Shown here piece after piece: positions 45,545 through 58,250 of a DNA stretch of 64,000 nt (its first letter is position 1; each line of letters starts with the position of its first letter). The stretch lies in contig JADEYG010000015.1 in NCBI GenBank assembly GCA_016906335.1, positions 372,001 to 436,000 on the forward strand, read 5' to 3'. Origin of the DNA: Novakomyces olei (lineage: Eukaryota). Made by a program: the position numbers and the translations under genes. The notes below the pieces were generated by a model. It was given only the letters and a program-made list of their open reading frames with translations. It made no database searches and was not told the DNA's origin.

Positions 45545-48309
45545 ATGTTTGTCTACAAGCGCGATGGCCGTAAGGAGCGAGTTGCCTTTGATAAGATCAC
45601 TGCTCGTGTTTCCCGGCTTTGCTATGGTTTAGACCCGGACCATGTTGATCCTGTGCATATAACTCAGAAAGTGATTTCGGGCGTGTACCATGGCGTTACT
45701 ACCGTCCAGCTGGATAATCTGGCTGCTGAAACCGCGGCGTATCTCACTACAAAGGTAAGACGGCCTTTAGGTCTTGACTCTTGTGTTTTGTATACTGTTT
45801 GCTTTATTTTAATATCTTATGCGGTTTTCTGTAAGGCCGTGTTTGATTTGCTCACGATACGTGGAGCATCTTTTGAATTTTCTGTACTATCTACCTCATC
45901 TGCACTACCTGATTCATCTTTTTGACTTTCTCTGTGCTTACAAGCTCCTCGGCCCTATGTAAAACAAATGACTAACCTGAAAAATAGCACCCTGATTATG
46001 CCGTTCTGGCAGCACGTATCGCAGTATCAAACTTGCACAAACAGACGAAAAAAGCCTTTTCCGCAGTTGTGCAAGATTTGTATGACTATGTAAACCCGAA
46101 AAACAGCAAGCACTCTCCCATGATCTCTGACGAGACTTATCGTGCAGTTATGGATCACAAGGAAGAGCTTGATTCTGCAATCATCTATGATCGCGATTTC
46201 ACATACAACTATTTCGGGTTCAAGACTTTGGAGCGCAGCTACCTGCTTCGTCTCAATGGCAAAGTTGCCGAGCGTCCACAGCATATGATTATGCGTGTGG
46301 CTGTTGGCATCCACGGCCACGATGTTGAAAAGGCGATTGAAACTTATAATCTGATGTCGGCCCGGTACTTTACGCACGGCAGTCCCACTCTGTTCAACGC
46401 AGGCACACCGAACCCGCAAATGTCGTCTTGTTTCCTTGTCTCTATGAAAGAGGATAGTATCGAGGGCATTTATGATACACTCAAGACTTGTGCAATGATC
46501 TCCAAAATGGCTGGTGGCATCGGCCTGCATGTCCATCAAATTCGGGCAACTGGCAGTTACATTGCTGGCACAAACGGCACCAGTAATGGGCTTATTCCTA
46601 TGCTGCGTGTGTTCAACAACACTGCCCGCTACGTTGATCAAGGGGGCAACAAACGGCCTGGAGCTTTTGCTGTATATATTGAGCCCTGGCACGCTGATGT
46701 ATTCGACTTTATTGATCTGCGAAAGAACCATGGAAAAGACGAGCAGCGAGCGCGAGATCTTTTTTACGCCCTTTGGATCCCCGACTTGTTTATGAAGCGT
46801 GTTGAGGCCAATGAAGAATGGAGTCTTTTCTGTCCCAACGAGGCACCAGGACTGGCAGACTGCTATGGAGAAGAGTTTGAGGAGCTGTTCACAAAGTACG
46901 AAAAGGAAGGCCGTGCCCGTAAGACTATCCCGGCACAAAAGCTCTGGTACGCTGTCCTGGAAGCCCAGTCAGAGACAGGCAATCCGTTTATGCTGTATAA
47001 GGACGCGTGCAACCGTAAATCCAACCAAAAGAACTTGGGTGTCATTAAATCGTCCAACTTGTGTACCGAAATCATCGAGTATTCTGCACCGGACGAGGTG
47101 GCAGTGTGCAATTTAGGCAGTATTGCTCTGCCCTCCTGTGTGGACAATGGCACTTATGACTTTGCCAAGCTGCATCAAGTAGCTAAAGTACTGGCAAAGA
47201 ACTTGAACAAGGTCATTGATGTTAATTTCTATCCCGTGGAGGCAGCTCGACGTAGTAATATGCGCAACAGACCCATTGGTTTGGGAGTGCAGGGATTGGC
47301 GGATACGTTCCTCGCTCTTAAAATGCCATGGGAATCCAGAGCGGCTAAAGAGCTCAATATTAAAATCTTTGAGACTATTTACCATGCAGCACTGGAGGCC
47401 TCTTGTGAACTAGCTCAAGAGCAAGGCCCCTATAGCTCGTATGAAGGCTCGCCCGTGTCGCAGGGCATTTTGCAGTATGATATGTGGAACGTTGTGCCTA
47501 CTGATCTTTGGGACTGGGACGAACTAAAGGCCAAAATCGCTAAACACGGTATTAGAAACTCGCTGCTAGTAGCGCCAATGCCAACGGCCTCTACGTCCCA
47601 AATTCTGGGCTTCAATGAATGCTTTGAGCCTTACACTTCCAACATGTACTCGCGGCGTGTTCTCTCAGGCGAGTTTCAAGTAGTCAACCCTTGGCTGCTT
47701 CGTGATCTGGTTGACCGTGGATTATGGAACGATCGTGTACGTAACCAGATTATTGCTGATGGTGGATCTGTGCAAAACGTGCCCTCGTTGCCTCAGGATG
47801 TTAAAGACCTGTATAAGACAGTGTGGGAGATTTCACAAAAGACCGTGATTGACTATGCTGCTGATAGAGGAGCCTTTATTGATCAGTCTCAGTCGCTTAA
47901 TATCCATATTAAAAATCCGTCTTTTGGCAAAATTACGAGCATGCACTTTTACGGATGGAAGAAGGGACTGAAAACGGGCATGTATTATCTCCGCACGATG
48001 GCTGCTTCCGCCGCTATTCAATTTACAGTCGATCAGACGGCCAAATTTACGAATGAAGAGCGCGCAGCAGCTCCTGCTGCTCAGACGGCCGCCTCTCCAG
48101 CGGCCAATGGTAATGCAAAGAACAAGATTGGTGCTGAGCAGGAGGATAAAGCGGAAAAGGGCAGCAAGTATGCACTAGAGCTGCGAAATGATGAGAATGA
48201 GAACCCGTTGAGAGGTAAAGGAGGAGACGGCAAGAATTCTAGCTATGACGAGGCAGTTTTGGCGTGCTCTATTAATAACCCGGGTGCTTGTGAAATGTGT
48301 TCTGGCTGA
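45545..48309 (+). CDS. RNR1: Ribonucleotide reductase large subunit (2 exons; intron 45755-45987)
   Basis: ATP cone [44 protein letters not shown] and C-terminal CEMCSG. Confidence 0.98.
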
Positions 48310-48734
48310 TCCCTGAAATAAGATGTAATAATACCTTTTTATTAAATTTTATTTCATTTAAATCAGTTTATAGTCGTGTTTTTAATACAGGGATTGGGAG
48401 AATTAGTAAAGAAAAACTATTTACTCGAGCACGAGGGTGTTGGCAGCACATGGAAGGCTGTATAAGCCTGGGATGAAGGGTTGACGACCACGGCGGTGAG
48501 GGTAAACATGGCCCGCAGTCGTGTACTGGAATCACAGCAGCTTAGTTTAATCTACGTATATAGAGTCATATACGCTTTAATATAAATAGTAATGTTATCT
48601 TATGAAATGCGCGTGCTACTGAATAGGCACTAGTCTCGCTGAATTAGACAAATGTGGCTCCGATCCTTGTTTAGGAGCAATTGCTCTCCATCATTTGGAT
48701 TTATTCTGAATTATGAGAAGGTTGAATGTAGTGT

Positions 48735-48858
48735 TTATTATAATTTTGTGTTTATTGTAATTTTGTGTATATAATTTTATTTTATTATAATTTTGTTTTT
48801 ATTATAATTTTGTGTTATTATAATTTTGTGTTATTATAATTTTGTTTTTATTATAATT
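48735..48858. repeat. Degenerate ~17-18-bp AT-rich tandem repeat (TTATTATAATTTTGT..), about 6-7 copies
   Basis: Visible upstream of NBP35. Confidence 0.85.
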
Positions 48859-49028
48859 AACCCTATCCCCTACACTATTTATTAGGGTAATGTTGGAGGC
48901 ATACTCGATACCAATAATACAAGAGGATTAGTAATTGGATAGACGATTTAATGCTTGTATATATATCGTATTTAAATAGATAAAGATAAATAAAATTTAA
49001 ATGTCTGTACCCAATCATTCATCTGCCA

Positions 49029-50069
49029 ATGGCTGACGTACCACTCGACGCAAACGCTCACTGCCCCGGAACAGAATCTTCTCTTGCGGGTCAGTCGGCC
49101 GCTTGTGAAGGCTGCCCGAACCAGCAAGTGTGTGCGACTGCCCCGAAAGGCCCAGACCCCGATGTTCCTTTGATCGCAGAGCGATTATCGCAGGTAAGGC
49201 AAAAGCTTCTTGTGCTCAGCGGCAAAGGCGGTGTGGGCAAATCCACGTTTGCCGCACAACTGGCATGGGCGCTTTCACGGGATGAAGACTGCCAGGTGGG
49301 ATGTATGGACGTGGATATATGCGGCCCGAGTCTGCCAAAGATTATGGGCGTCGAAAACGAGCAGATCCATACGAGCGGGTCCGGATGGTCGCCCGTCTAT
49401 ATCGCGGACAATTTGGGCATTATTTCCATTGCGTTCCTTCTCCCATCCCCCGATAGTGCGGTTGTATGGAGGGGACCGAAAAAGAACGGGATGATTAAGC
49501 AGTTTTTAAAGGACGTAGAGTGGGGGCCACTGGACTACCTCGTGGTGGACACCCCACCGGGCACGAGTGACGAGCATTTAAGCGTGGCGCAGTATTTGCG
49601 GCAGGCTCAGGAAGGACTGGAACAGGATGGGAGTATGCAGAATTCTTACGGGAGTGGGACTGGAGCAATTATCGTGACTACTCCACAAGAAGTTGCCCTG
49701 CTTGATGTTCGAAAGGAGATTTCGTTTTGCCGCAAGGCGAATATACCAATATACGGTGTAGTGGAGAACATGTCGGGGTTTGTTTGCCCTTCGTGCCGGG
49801 GAGAATCCTACATTTTCAGGCCTACTACTGGAGGTGCAGAAGCCTTGTGCCGGGAACTGGGCCTCGAGTTCCTTGGCCGGCTTCCTCTTGATCCCCGGAT
49901 CGCTCGTGCCTGTGACTATGGTAAGAGCTTTGTCGATGAGTGCCCGGAAAGCCCCGCGGCAGTTGCCCTCGAGGGGATTGTTAAACGGTTGTGTAAGCGG
50001 ATTGGCACAGAGTGGACCCCGGCGGGGGACACGGACTCTGCCTACGGCGGGAGCGAGAGTGGTCACTGA
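49029..50069 (+). CDS. NBP35: Cytosolic Fe-S cluster assembly factor Nbp35
   Basis: N-terminal C-x13[42 protein letters not shown] and [11 protein letters not shown]. Confidence 0.96.
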   Translation: MADVPLDANAHCPGTESSLAGQSAACEGCPNQQVCATAPKGPDPDVPLIAERLSQVRQKLLVLSGKGGVGKSTFAAQLAWALSRDEDCQVGCMDVDICGPSLPKIMGVENEQIHTSGSGWSPVYIADNLGIISIAFLLPSPDSAVVWRGPKKNGMIKQFLKDVEWGPLDYLVVDTPPGTSDEHLSVAQYLRQAQEGLEQDGSMQNSYGSGTGAIIVTTPQEVALLDVRKEISFCRKANIPIYGVVENMSGFVCPSCRGESYIFRPTTGGAEALCRELGLEFLGRLPLDPRIARACDYGKSFVDECPESPAAVALEGIVKRLCKRIGTEWTPAGDTDSAYGGSESGH

Positions 50070-50532
50070 CGGAGTGCAAGGGGTTTCAATTTGTTACGAA
50101 AAAAGGGGTAATGACAGCAGATAAAAGTAGGATCGAAAGCTTAAAGGGAGTATGGGACGGGGTTTCCGGCAAACGGCGTATGTGTTTAATCCCAACGTTG
50201 GTAATTGTACATAAATAATATGACAAATTAATATAATAACAGATAATAATAGACAATAATTAGATAATATAATAGACGATAATAATAAACAATGTAATAG
50301 ACAGTATAATAGATAATATAGGAGATGATACAATCGCCTTAACAATTGCGTCTTTTCTCCAATCTAATGTTCAAGGGTTAGGGTTAGTATTGTGGTTATT
50401 AGTAATATGGCCTCTGTTGGCAGCGCCTGCCTCTGAGCGCGACCAGTCAATGTGCCCACATTTACTGAATAAAAAGGCGGCTTTCCGATCAGTGTAGGAT
50501 CGTGCGCTCTATATACTGCTCCTGCTTTCGCA

Positions 50533-50827
50533 ATGGTAAGCCCGTGAAAAGGACTGATCTTACGTTCAAGGCAAAGTACGAATTCAAGGTGGAAATGTCT
50601 TGCAGCGGCTGCTCAAATGCTGTAAACCGGTCGCTTTCCAAGCTGGACGGTACTGTAAAACAGCGCTTGGCAGGTTTGCTAATATACGATTAGGCGTCAC
50701 CGACATTGATATTTCTTTGCAAGATCAAAATGTACGCGTCACTACACGCGACGATGTCTCGTTCGATACAGTACGGAACCGGATTGCACAGACAGGCAAG
50801 ACTATTATTAGTGGAAGCGTTGTTTAG
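50533..50827 (+). CDS. ATX1: Copper chaperone Atx1 (3 exons; exon 1 coding part is ATG only)
   Basis: M|AKYEFKVEMSCSGCSNAV..|..IAQTGK, with introns 50536-50570 and 50650-50693. Confidence 0.9.
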
Positions 50828-51363
50828 AAAAGGCTTAATACGGGACTGACAATCTGGCTGATGATTAAGGCGAGGGACGCGTGTAACGGAGTAGTGCATC
50901 CACAAAGCTTTACTTTAATAGTGTTAAATAATCAAACAATTGCTACTAATCGATCGTCGTCTAGTACATACGTGTAGATGCAGTCATGCTGTTGCCAGCC
51001 GCACCATTTACAACAGTCAAAAAGGCACCAGGGAAAATAATTGTATAAACGAATAAAAGGTACATGAACAGCTGCCAACTCCTACCGTGGTTCACCGAAT
51101 AATCACATAAAACTCATCAAAAAGGAAGACCTTGAAAGCAAGTGATTGACTGATAGTGTGGCCAACAACCAACAACCAATCATCAATAATAATAATAATC
51201 AATCGTCAATAACAATAACAATAATCAATCATCAAAATTTAATATCAATATCAATATCAATATCAATATCAATATCAACATCAACACCAATATCAATATC
51301 AACATCAATACCAATACCAATATCAATCAATAATCAATAATCAATCAATCACATAATCTATGC

Positions 51364-53751
51364 CTAATTATACACATCCTGTCTCCTTTCTACCGGCAGC
51401 TCCTGTACACCAGGCACAGCTCCACCTTCCAACAGTAACGGTTTCACACACGCTTTCCCAATATCCGAGCGGAAATGCCGTCCAAGAGCATCCATACGAG
51501 CAAACCGTTTCCCACAGCCCCATTGAGACCCATCGCGCAAGAACCCTCGGCACTGGAACTCTTTATCTCCTGAATGAAGCCGCTCATGACGTCGACGATC
51601 GTGTTGCCGGGCAAAGGGCTTCCCGCAGATTGAGCAATGGTAGGGTTTTTCGTCCGTATGAGTCCGCTGGTGGCTTCGTAGATTATAGGCCCGGGTAAAC
51701 CGTTTCCCACACCCTGGCATAGGGCAAATAAAAGTAGCAGGATTTTTAAGCTCACGCTGAGACTGCCTCTCCTTCGCACTCGTCTCCCCAGAGCCCGTTA
51801 GTATATGCTCGCGGGCAGCCGAAGTGCTTCGCGATCTTCCATTGTACTTGCTAGCGTTCGGCATATCTCCATCCGCTTCGACAGAGAGACTCCTGCCCCG
51901 CGCTGACCAATCGGATCCTGCCGTGCTTGAGGCCGGAGAAAGAGGAGCCAGAAAGCTGTCTCGTGTCGTATCGTTGCTCGATACTGAGGAGACGGATTCG
52001 CCCCTTAATCTTCTGGCAACAGAGCTGAAACTGCCGCCGCCGTCGCCACCGCCGCCTCCGCCAAAGCTGGCTGGAGACTCGGTGCTGCCACCGAAATGCG
52101 TGTCACCCGTATCCCCCCTACCGCCTCCCGGAGTATGGTTAGGGTTAGGGTTAGGGTTAGGGTTAAGAGTACTGACTCGACGTATTTCGTCCAGGCTTGC
52201 AGCGTTGGCAAGAGAGTCCGGAGTCGCTGTTGCCACTGCTGCAGGCGCTTGAGGCGACTTTGGCCAGCAGTCGTACTCGATCTTGCTGGCCTGCATCAGG
52301 CGGGTCTGCTTCCCCGGGGACGAAGGTACGATATTTATTTGTGGTGGGGGCCCACTATCCGACTCTGACCTCTCCAATCCGTGCATGTGGGGGAACAGCG
52401 GGTCCGTGTAGTGGAGCGCATAGCGCCCTCCAGCGTCAGCGGTGTTGCTGGTAAAAGAGCGCAGCCCAGTAGTGCCTCCGCGGCCAGTCATATTGCTGAA
52501 ATAAGCAGGCGAGTAGTCCGTCTGTCCTGAAGGGAGGGACTCTTGCCGTCCAGGCGCCAGCGACGACTGAGCACCTTGGCCAGACGGATGGCTTGAAAAG
52601 GCGGCAAAAGCAGCGGGAGTATACAGGCCGGAATCGATGTTGGCAAACGTATTAGTATAAGAATTAGCGTCCAAGGCAGAGGGAGACATGTGGGCATTCA
52701 GGTTCGTGTCCAGGTTCGTGTCCAGGTTCGTGTCCAGGTTCGTGTCCAGGTTCAACTGCTCCTCCATTGGCGGCTGAGAGTCGTAAGCGGCCGTGTGCAC
52801 ATAGTCCGTGCCGTCTGGTATATTGGAATCGTCGATAAAAGTCTGTGCCCACGCCGGGCCAGGGCCGTTTGTTCCCGGATCGGCGCCGAGGTTGAGCTTG
52901 AAGCTCTCGGCAAAAGCTTCTGCAGCTGGATCTGCCGGGCTTGTAGACGCAATACAGGGACTAGCGTCGCCAGCGACGCTAATATTGCCGTCTCTAATAT
53001 TGCCGTCTCTGCTTACAGTGTTGAGGGAGACGCTTGAGACATCGGAAAAGGCAGAGCAGTTTGATAAGGAGCGGCTCCGTAACGAGAGCATATCGTGGGC
53101 CGAAGTGGCATCGAGCTCTGGCGTAGACGATGCCGCTACTAGCGGCATCATGCGGCCAAGCGTGGCTGTCTTTGGGGACAGGTGATGGTCAAAATGGATA
53201 GAGGGATGCCCCGTTGCCGACGAAGCATGTAATGGCACCTGTCCCGTCTCATAGTCGGGCTCCAGCATTGCAGCAGCTACAGCTTCGCTCTGGTCGTTTG
53301 ACGGCAGCGAAGGCGGGTTTTGCAGTATTCCGTCCTGCACAATAACCGCCTCCTCTCCTTCTTTGCCCACTCTGTGTCCACGGCCGCTCCTTTCCCTTTC
53401 CCCAGCATTCCCGTCTCCAACTTGTGCTCCTCCGTCCGGTGACGTGTTTTGCTGAGCAGGCCAGGCGAACGGCAGTGGTGGAGCGCCAGTGGCGCTATAT
53501 GCGTGAGAAGACGCAGCGCTTCTCACGGGCGAAGACGGCACGGATATAGATACTTGGTGGCCAGACTGAGTGTGGTTTAATGGCGAAACAAGGTTGCTCG
53601 GAGGCGACAGGAAATCAGAGCCAATCTCGCCCGTCGGGAACATACTAAACTCCGTATCCACACGCAGCTCGTTCTGCCTGGACCGCATTTTGTGCGGGAA
53701 ACTCGGCACTCCGTAGGAAAAGGGCTCAGCGGGGTCCTCAGTGGGATCCAT
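51364..53751 (-). CDS. CRZ1: Calcineurin-responsive C2H2 transcription factor Crz1/Prz1
   Basis: [61 protein letters not shown] and a PxIxIT-like PQINIV. Confidence 0.93.
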   Translation of the reverse strand: MDPTEDPAEPFSYGVPSFPHKMRSRQNELRVDTEFSMFPTGEIGSDFLSPPSNLVSPLNHTQSGHQVSISVPSSPVRSAASSHAYSATGAPPLPFAWPAQQNTSPDGGAQVGDGNAGERERSGRGHRVGKEGEEAVIVQDGILQNPPSLPSNDQSEAVAAAMLEPDYETGQVPLHASSATGHPSIHFDHHLSPKTATLGRMMPLVAASSTPELDATSAHDMLSLRSRSLSNCSAFSDVSSVSLNTVSRDGNIRDGNISVAGDASPCIASTSPADPAAEAFAESFKLNLGADPGTNGPGPAWAQTFIDDSNIPDGTDYVHTAAYDSQPPMEEQLNLDTNLDTNLDTNLDTNLNAHMSPSALDANSYTNTFANIDSGLYTPAAFAAFSSHPSGQGAQSSLAPGRQESLPSGQTDYSPAYFSNMTGRGGTTGLRSFTSNTADAGGRYALHYTDPLFPHMHGLERSESDSGPPPQINIVPSSPGKQTRLMQASKIEYDCWPKSPQAPAAVATATPDSLANAASLDEIRRVSTLNPNPNPNPNHTPGGGRGDTGDTHFGGSTESPASFGGGGGGDGGGSFSSVARRLRGESVSSVSSNDTTRDSFLAPLSPASSTAGSDWSARGRSLSVEADGDMPNASKYNGRSRSTSAAREHILTGSGETSAKERQSQRELKNPATFICPMPGCGKRFTRAYNLRSHQRTHTDEKPYHCSICGKPFARQHDRRRHERLHSGDKEFQCRGFLRDGSQWGCGKRFARMDALGRHFRSDIGKACVKPLLLEGGAVPGVQELPVERRQDVYN
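52137..52165 (+). repeat. (TTAGGG)4 telomere-type repeat within the CRZ1 CDS
   Basis: GGTTAGGGTTAGGGTTAGGGTTAGGGTTA encodes NPNPNPNPN on the minus strand. Confidence 0.95.
52699..52753. repeat. 12-bp coding tandem repeat, (NLDT)x4 in CRZ1
   Basis: CAGGTTCGTGTC x4.5. Confidence 0.95.
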
Positions 53752-54477
53752 TCGCCAAGACTTGCGTCAGTCTGCAGTAGAGTTGTAAGCGGACCAGTGC
53801 TCACAGGAAACCCAAATAAAAGACGAAACAAACGAGAGGGGTGTGCTGCTGCGTCCGTAAACACGCACTCACAGCCAACACTAAGGCTCAAAGTGGGAAA
53901 TTGGTTGCAAGAATGGGCGGGAAACGATCAGGAGCCAAGCAGATTGAATAATAAAAAGACGAGTGAGTACAAACACAGGGCTCTGGTCGGTTCAAGCCGG
54001 CGACACAGGCATCGAGGCTGTAGTCCGGCCCAGTACCAACACTGATCAGTCACTGACAGTTTTGAGCAGCAGTCGTATGCTGACCAGCGGCTCAATAACG
54101 TCGAGAAAACTCAGAATTATGGATTGCCCAGTGTCGCGTTTTGATGGATTTTATTTTGCGTATATAAAGATAATTCAGTCTGATCACATATATATCCAAT
54201 AACTTTTCATATTACCTAACCCTCTGCAATAGTGAGTGTGTATGTATATATTATGGAAATATGGTACTACATAAACGTGAAAAATTAGGTTATTGGTTTA
54301 TGGCGGTTTAGTCAATTGCTGTTAATTGTGTATACAGAGTAAATATCTGATTATAGACAACTGTCATTTGTAGCTTGAGCGCGCAATATACACACTGTGC
54401 ACGCGTGTTTGCGTCCACACTGTCGTCGCTCTGTCAACATTTTATTAGTCAGCGCGTGCGAATATTCATTCAACAGG

Positions 54478-54677
54478 CCGCCTGCCGCATGGTTTGCGTC
54501 CAATATTACTTGCTGCTGTACTCCTCGGAAGACATTTTAATAGAACAGGGTTTCCCCTACCGGAAAACTTGTGGAACCCAACCGACGCCGCCAGGGTTTT
54601 CGGTTACGAGGCCAAACTAGTCGAGCGCCCGCGAACAAGCAATGTAGCAGCAAGATGGGATAATGGCAGGCACATTC
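54478..54677 (+). ncRNA. Candidate structured ncRNA ending in an ACA box
   Basis: The GCCTGCC/GGCAGGC basal stem is followed immediately by ACA (54672). There is a 12-bp stem CTTGCTGCTGTA/TGTAGCAGCAAG, nested CCTCG/CGAGG and AACCGA/TCGGTT stems, and a possible extra 5' hairpin at 54399-54459. Confidence 0.5.
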
Positions 54678-54684
54678 TACAAGA

Positions 54685-54829
<145 letters not shown>

Positions 54830-54920
54830 GTTTGGCGCTACTAAATATAAATATTATCAGATAGAGGCAAACTGCCGAGGACACAGAGGCACGAGACTTG
54901 CGATTAAAAAGCAAAACAGA

Positions 54921-56792
54921 CTACAGAGCCAATGCGGCAAGGCAAAGAGCTAATACTCCAGCCAACTCTACTACTCCAACACGGCTTCCGTTTATGGCAC
55001 TGCTCTTAGCAGTCGATTTAGGACTGGCAGTGACCTGCCCATCCGCCTTATGCTTTTGCGTGTACGTAGGGGCATAGTACTTTGTGGTCATACTAACGGT
55101 TTTCGTGTGCGCTGGCGGCACAATCTTTGTGGTATTGGCCACCGGGATGGACCAGTCAAACATGGAGGCGGGATAGAATATCCTTGGCTGACCGTGGACA
55201 ATGGGTACGGAGCCGAGAGCACCGTTTGCTCCTACTGTAAAGTTTTCACGTTGTACAATATCCACCACAGTCTCGCCTTCCTTGTACCCTGACGTGTCAA
55301 TCTTAACCGCCGCCTTTTCCGCCATGACGCCCCAGGCGCCCATAATTGCCAGCACATGGCCGCGCTGGAAAACGAGCTCCATCTCTGTCCACGCCAGCAG
55401 TGTGGCCTGTGTTTCAATCCATTTGGGATCCTGCTGCATTACGCGTTTACGGAACCGGTTGCACAGTGAGAGCAGTGAATAATACGGATTAGTTGTGTCG
55501 TACCCAGAGACCCACAGCGGCTCTCGGTTATACGGGTCCTCTGCGCCGCTAAAGTGTTGCTCAGAGCCATAATAAACGATAGGGATGCCGTCCCACAGCA
55601 GGGTGAAAGCCAGCAGATTCATTGCCCGGCCTTGATCCGCATTTTCAGAGGCAAACCGTGGCCGATCATGGTTCTCTGAAAAGGTTCCCAGTAATAAAGT
55701 ATCCGAGCAAGTGGCACGCAGCTTTTCAATCGTCTTTGCCAGGTAGGAGATACCGGATCCATTGAAGGCAAACGTCATTCCATAATGCAGAGGGAAATTG
55801 AGCACACTGGGCAAAGCATTGTCCTGGTAAGAACAGAGCCTCTCCACACTGTCTGTATACATTTCCCCAATGCAAAAGCCACCAGCTGCGTCTACAATGC
55901 CGGGGAAGATTTGCCGAGGCATCGATTTGACTGCATCGAGTCGGTAGCCATCCACATCGTACTTTTGGCCCAGAAACTTCATATACTTTTGCAGGCCATC
56001 GATCACCTCGGGCTGCGAAGTGTCCAGGTCTGGCAGCACGAGCTTATCGTCGCCGTTCCAGCATCCAAGGGCAGACGTTTCGTTCTCCCAGTCTACCCAA
56101 CAAAATTTATGGTAATACTTTTCTTTATTAAATGGTTTCATTGAAGAAAAATCAACAGCATCGTGTGGGCCGTGTGCTGCCTCATTGTTCAGGACGACAT
56201 CAAGCATTACCCAAATGTCGCGTTTATGGCAAGCGTCAACAAGGCTTTTGAAACTGTCCTGGTCACCGAAGTGTTCATTCAGCTCATAGAAATCGTTTGG
56301 CCAGTACCCGTGATAAGGATCGCCCGTTTGCGGTGTTCCTTCCACGTTTTTCGCCACTGGCGATATCCAAATCTAAAGGAGGGGGATCGTTAGGACGAGT
56401 AGAAAGGAAAGGATTAGTCAATTGACCGATTAAAGGATTAACAATTGAACCTTGACTTAACAGAAGCGAGAGGAAAAAAGCATAAAGTGTGTAAACAAAT
56501 CAAAAATGGCAAGCTAACTGAAACGGTGTATACAAGCAAAACTTACAGCATCAAAACCCATGCCCTCGATATAGTCGAGCTTGCGTTCAATTCCGGCCCA
56601 AGTTCCACCACAAGAAGGCCTCCGGCCAAGAGCACAATCCTTGGAAACTGAACCATCAGACAGAGCAAACCTGTCAGTCAAGAGCTGGTAGATAGAACGT
56701 GTGCGCCATTCCTTTGTAGGCCTTGGCTTGCTTTCGGCGTAGGAAACAAATATCGCTGTTACAAGGCCGATTAGTCGAATAATGTACAACAT
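54921..56792 (-). CDS. GH13 alpha-amylase-like protein, secreted and probably GPI-anchored (2 exons)
   Basis: Signal peptide, WRTRSIYQLLTDRF, GFDA/IWISP, YHGYW, catalytic RLDAVK, GEMY and SENHD, then a Thr-rich stalk and hydrophobic C-terminus. Confidence 0.93.
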
Positions 56793-57520
56793 TGAAAGCA
56801 GATAAAGTTTGCCAATGCCAAATAAATATTTATGAATTGAAGGACCAACGAAATGGTCAAAATGAGAGCAATTTAAGAGGCATGCCTCTGCGTGTGATTT
56901 ACAAATACAAAAATAAATTTAACCCATTCCTTTGTTCATTACTCACAACACGTGAAATAGAAGCACGATAAAAGAACGCCGTACAGTCAGAAAACAACGG
57001 CAATAAAAACCCGGACCTAACTGACGCGTGCCAAAGGCACCAATAAAAGACTTGTTATTCACGTGCTTTTTGAAATGTTTCCCTGTTTAGACTTTTCGAT
57101 GGGAAAAAGTATTGTTATTAGGGCAATAAAGTTTGACATGGTCTAAAAAAATGCATACTCCCCCTTTCTCGTCTATTTTGAGAAACATGGGCAACACATA
57201 CATATATGTAGGACAAAATGATTGCTCAGAAACTTGTAGTCGGTCGCGTTTATTCTGTGGGTCCAACTGACCTGTATAAAGGCGCTATCTATTAAATCGT
57301 CACAGAATTGCCGTTTTTGTTCCAACGTCGAGCAGATAATACATCGATAAATAAATAGTTTATTCATTCACTGTATTATCCACATTATTACCTAATTGGG
57401 TACTTTGGATTCTTTACGTCATAATCCAATGAAGCCGATAAGTCCCGGCAATTTATATAAACCTTCGAAAACGGACTCGACATTACTGTATAATCTAATT
57501 AGCAGCGTCAAGAAAAAGCA

Positions 57521-58215
57521 ATGCCAGGGTCACAGGTGATTATCTGCAAAGCGCGCGATGTAGGACAGGTTTCATCTACACAGACAAATGGAATGAAGCG
57601 CGAAGGTGCTTTGCACGGTGTGTCGGATTTGCTTAATGGGACAGTAATGACGGCTCTGCCGCATACAGAGAGTGATGTGCATCATCATGGTGATCAGGTA
57701 AGGACTTGGATCTAATTTAAGACAGAGGAAGAGAGAGAAGTAAATTATAAAAATACCAAAAAATCGTCTTATGAGAGCGTAAATAATAATATTAAAAAAA
57801 AAATAATGGACAAATAGCATGGGATATCACAAGAATTTTATGAAAACCCAAACAATGTGATAATGATCAAGTACACAGGACGATATATCTATTAGTGCAG
57901 TGCAAATGCATAATAATGCAATCATAAATACAATAAAGCCATGATGAGGCGAATACAAATACGATTTTTATATGCAAATCAAAGGATACTGGCTCACACT
58001 TTCAGGATACTATCGTATACGCGTCTTCCGGCCACGGCGCGATAAGGTGGGATGATGGTCAGCAGCTGACAAATTTGGATGAAGGAGACTGGGCACTAAT
58101 TCCCGCTTTTTGCAAGCACCAAGAAGTCAATTTAGGTGACGTGCCCTCAAAATGGATAATAGTCCGTTCCGGAGGTATTCCTGCAGTATTCAATCTGAAC
58201 GGATGGAAAGAATAG
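57521..58215 (+). CDS. RmlC-like cupin protein, 128 aa (exons 57521-57697 and 58006-58215)
   Basis: Spliced translation ..PHTESDVHHHGDQ|DTIVYASSGHG..GDWALIPAFCKHQEVN..WIIVRSG gives cupin motifs 1 and 2. Confidence 0.88.
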
Positions 58216-58250
58216 CTAATTGAATTATGTATAATGCAATAGACGTATTA

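Noticed and set aside
46027..46938. 303-aa antisense ORF in RNR1 (and similar ones in GUT2, NBP35 and the RasGEF)
   Set aside because: These are codon-bias shadows of conserved sense genes.
45545..50827. RNR1-NBP35-ATX1 metal-cofactor cluster, or an intein in RNR1
   Set aside because: No shared regulation can be demonstrated, and RNR1 has normal length with contiguous motifs.
54489..54495. U17/snR30 m2 motif AAACCAU on the minus strand
   Set aside because: There is no m1 (AUAUUCCUA) and no ACA 7 nt downstream, and G-U pairs favour the opposite strand.
54215..54677. Vertebrate-style telomerase RNA (CUAACCCU template plus 3' ACA hairpin, ~460 nt)
   Set aside because: The template match is only 8-9 nt, the intervening DNA is AT-rich and promoter-like, and no pseudoknot or CR4/5 is evident. 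Known ascomycete TERs are longer and lack H/ACA ends.
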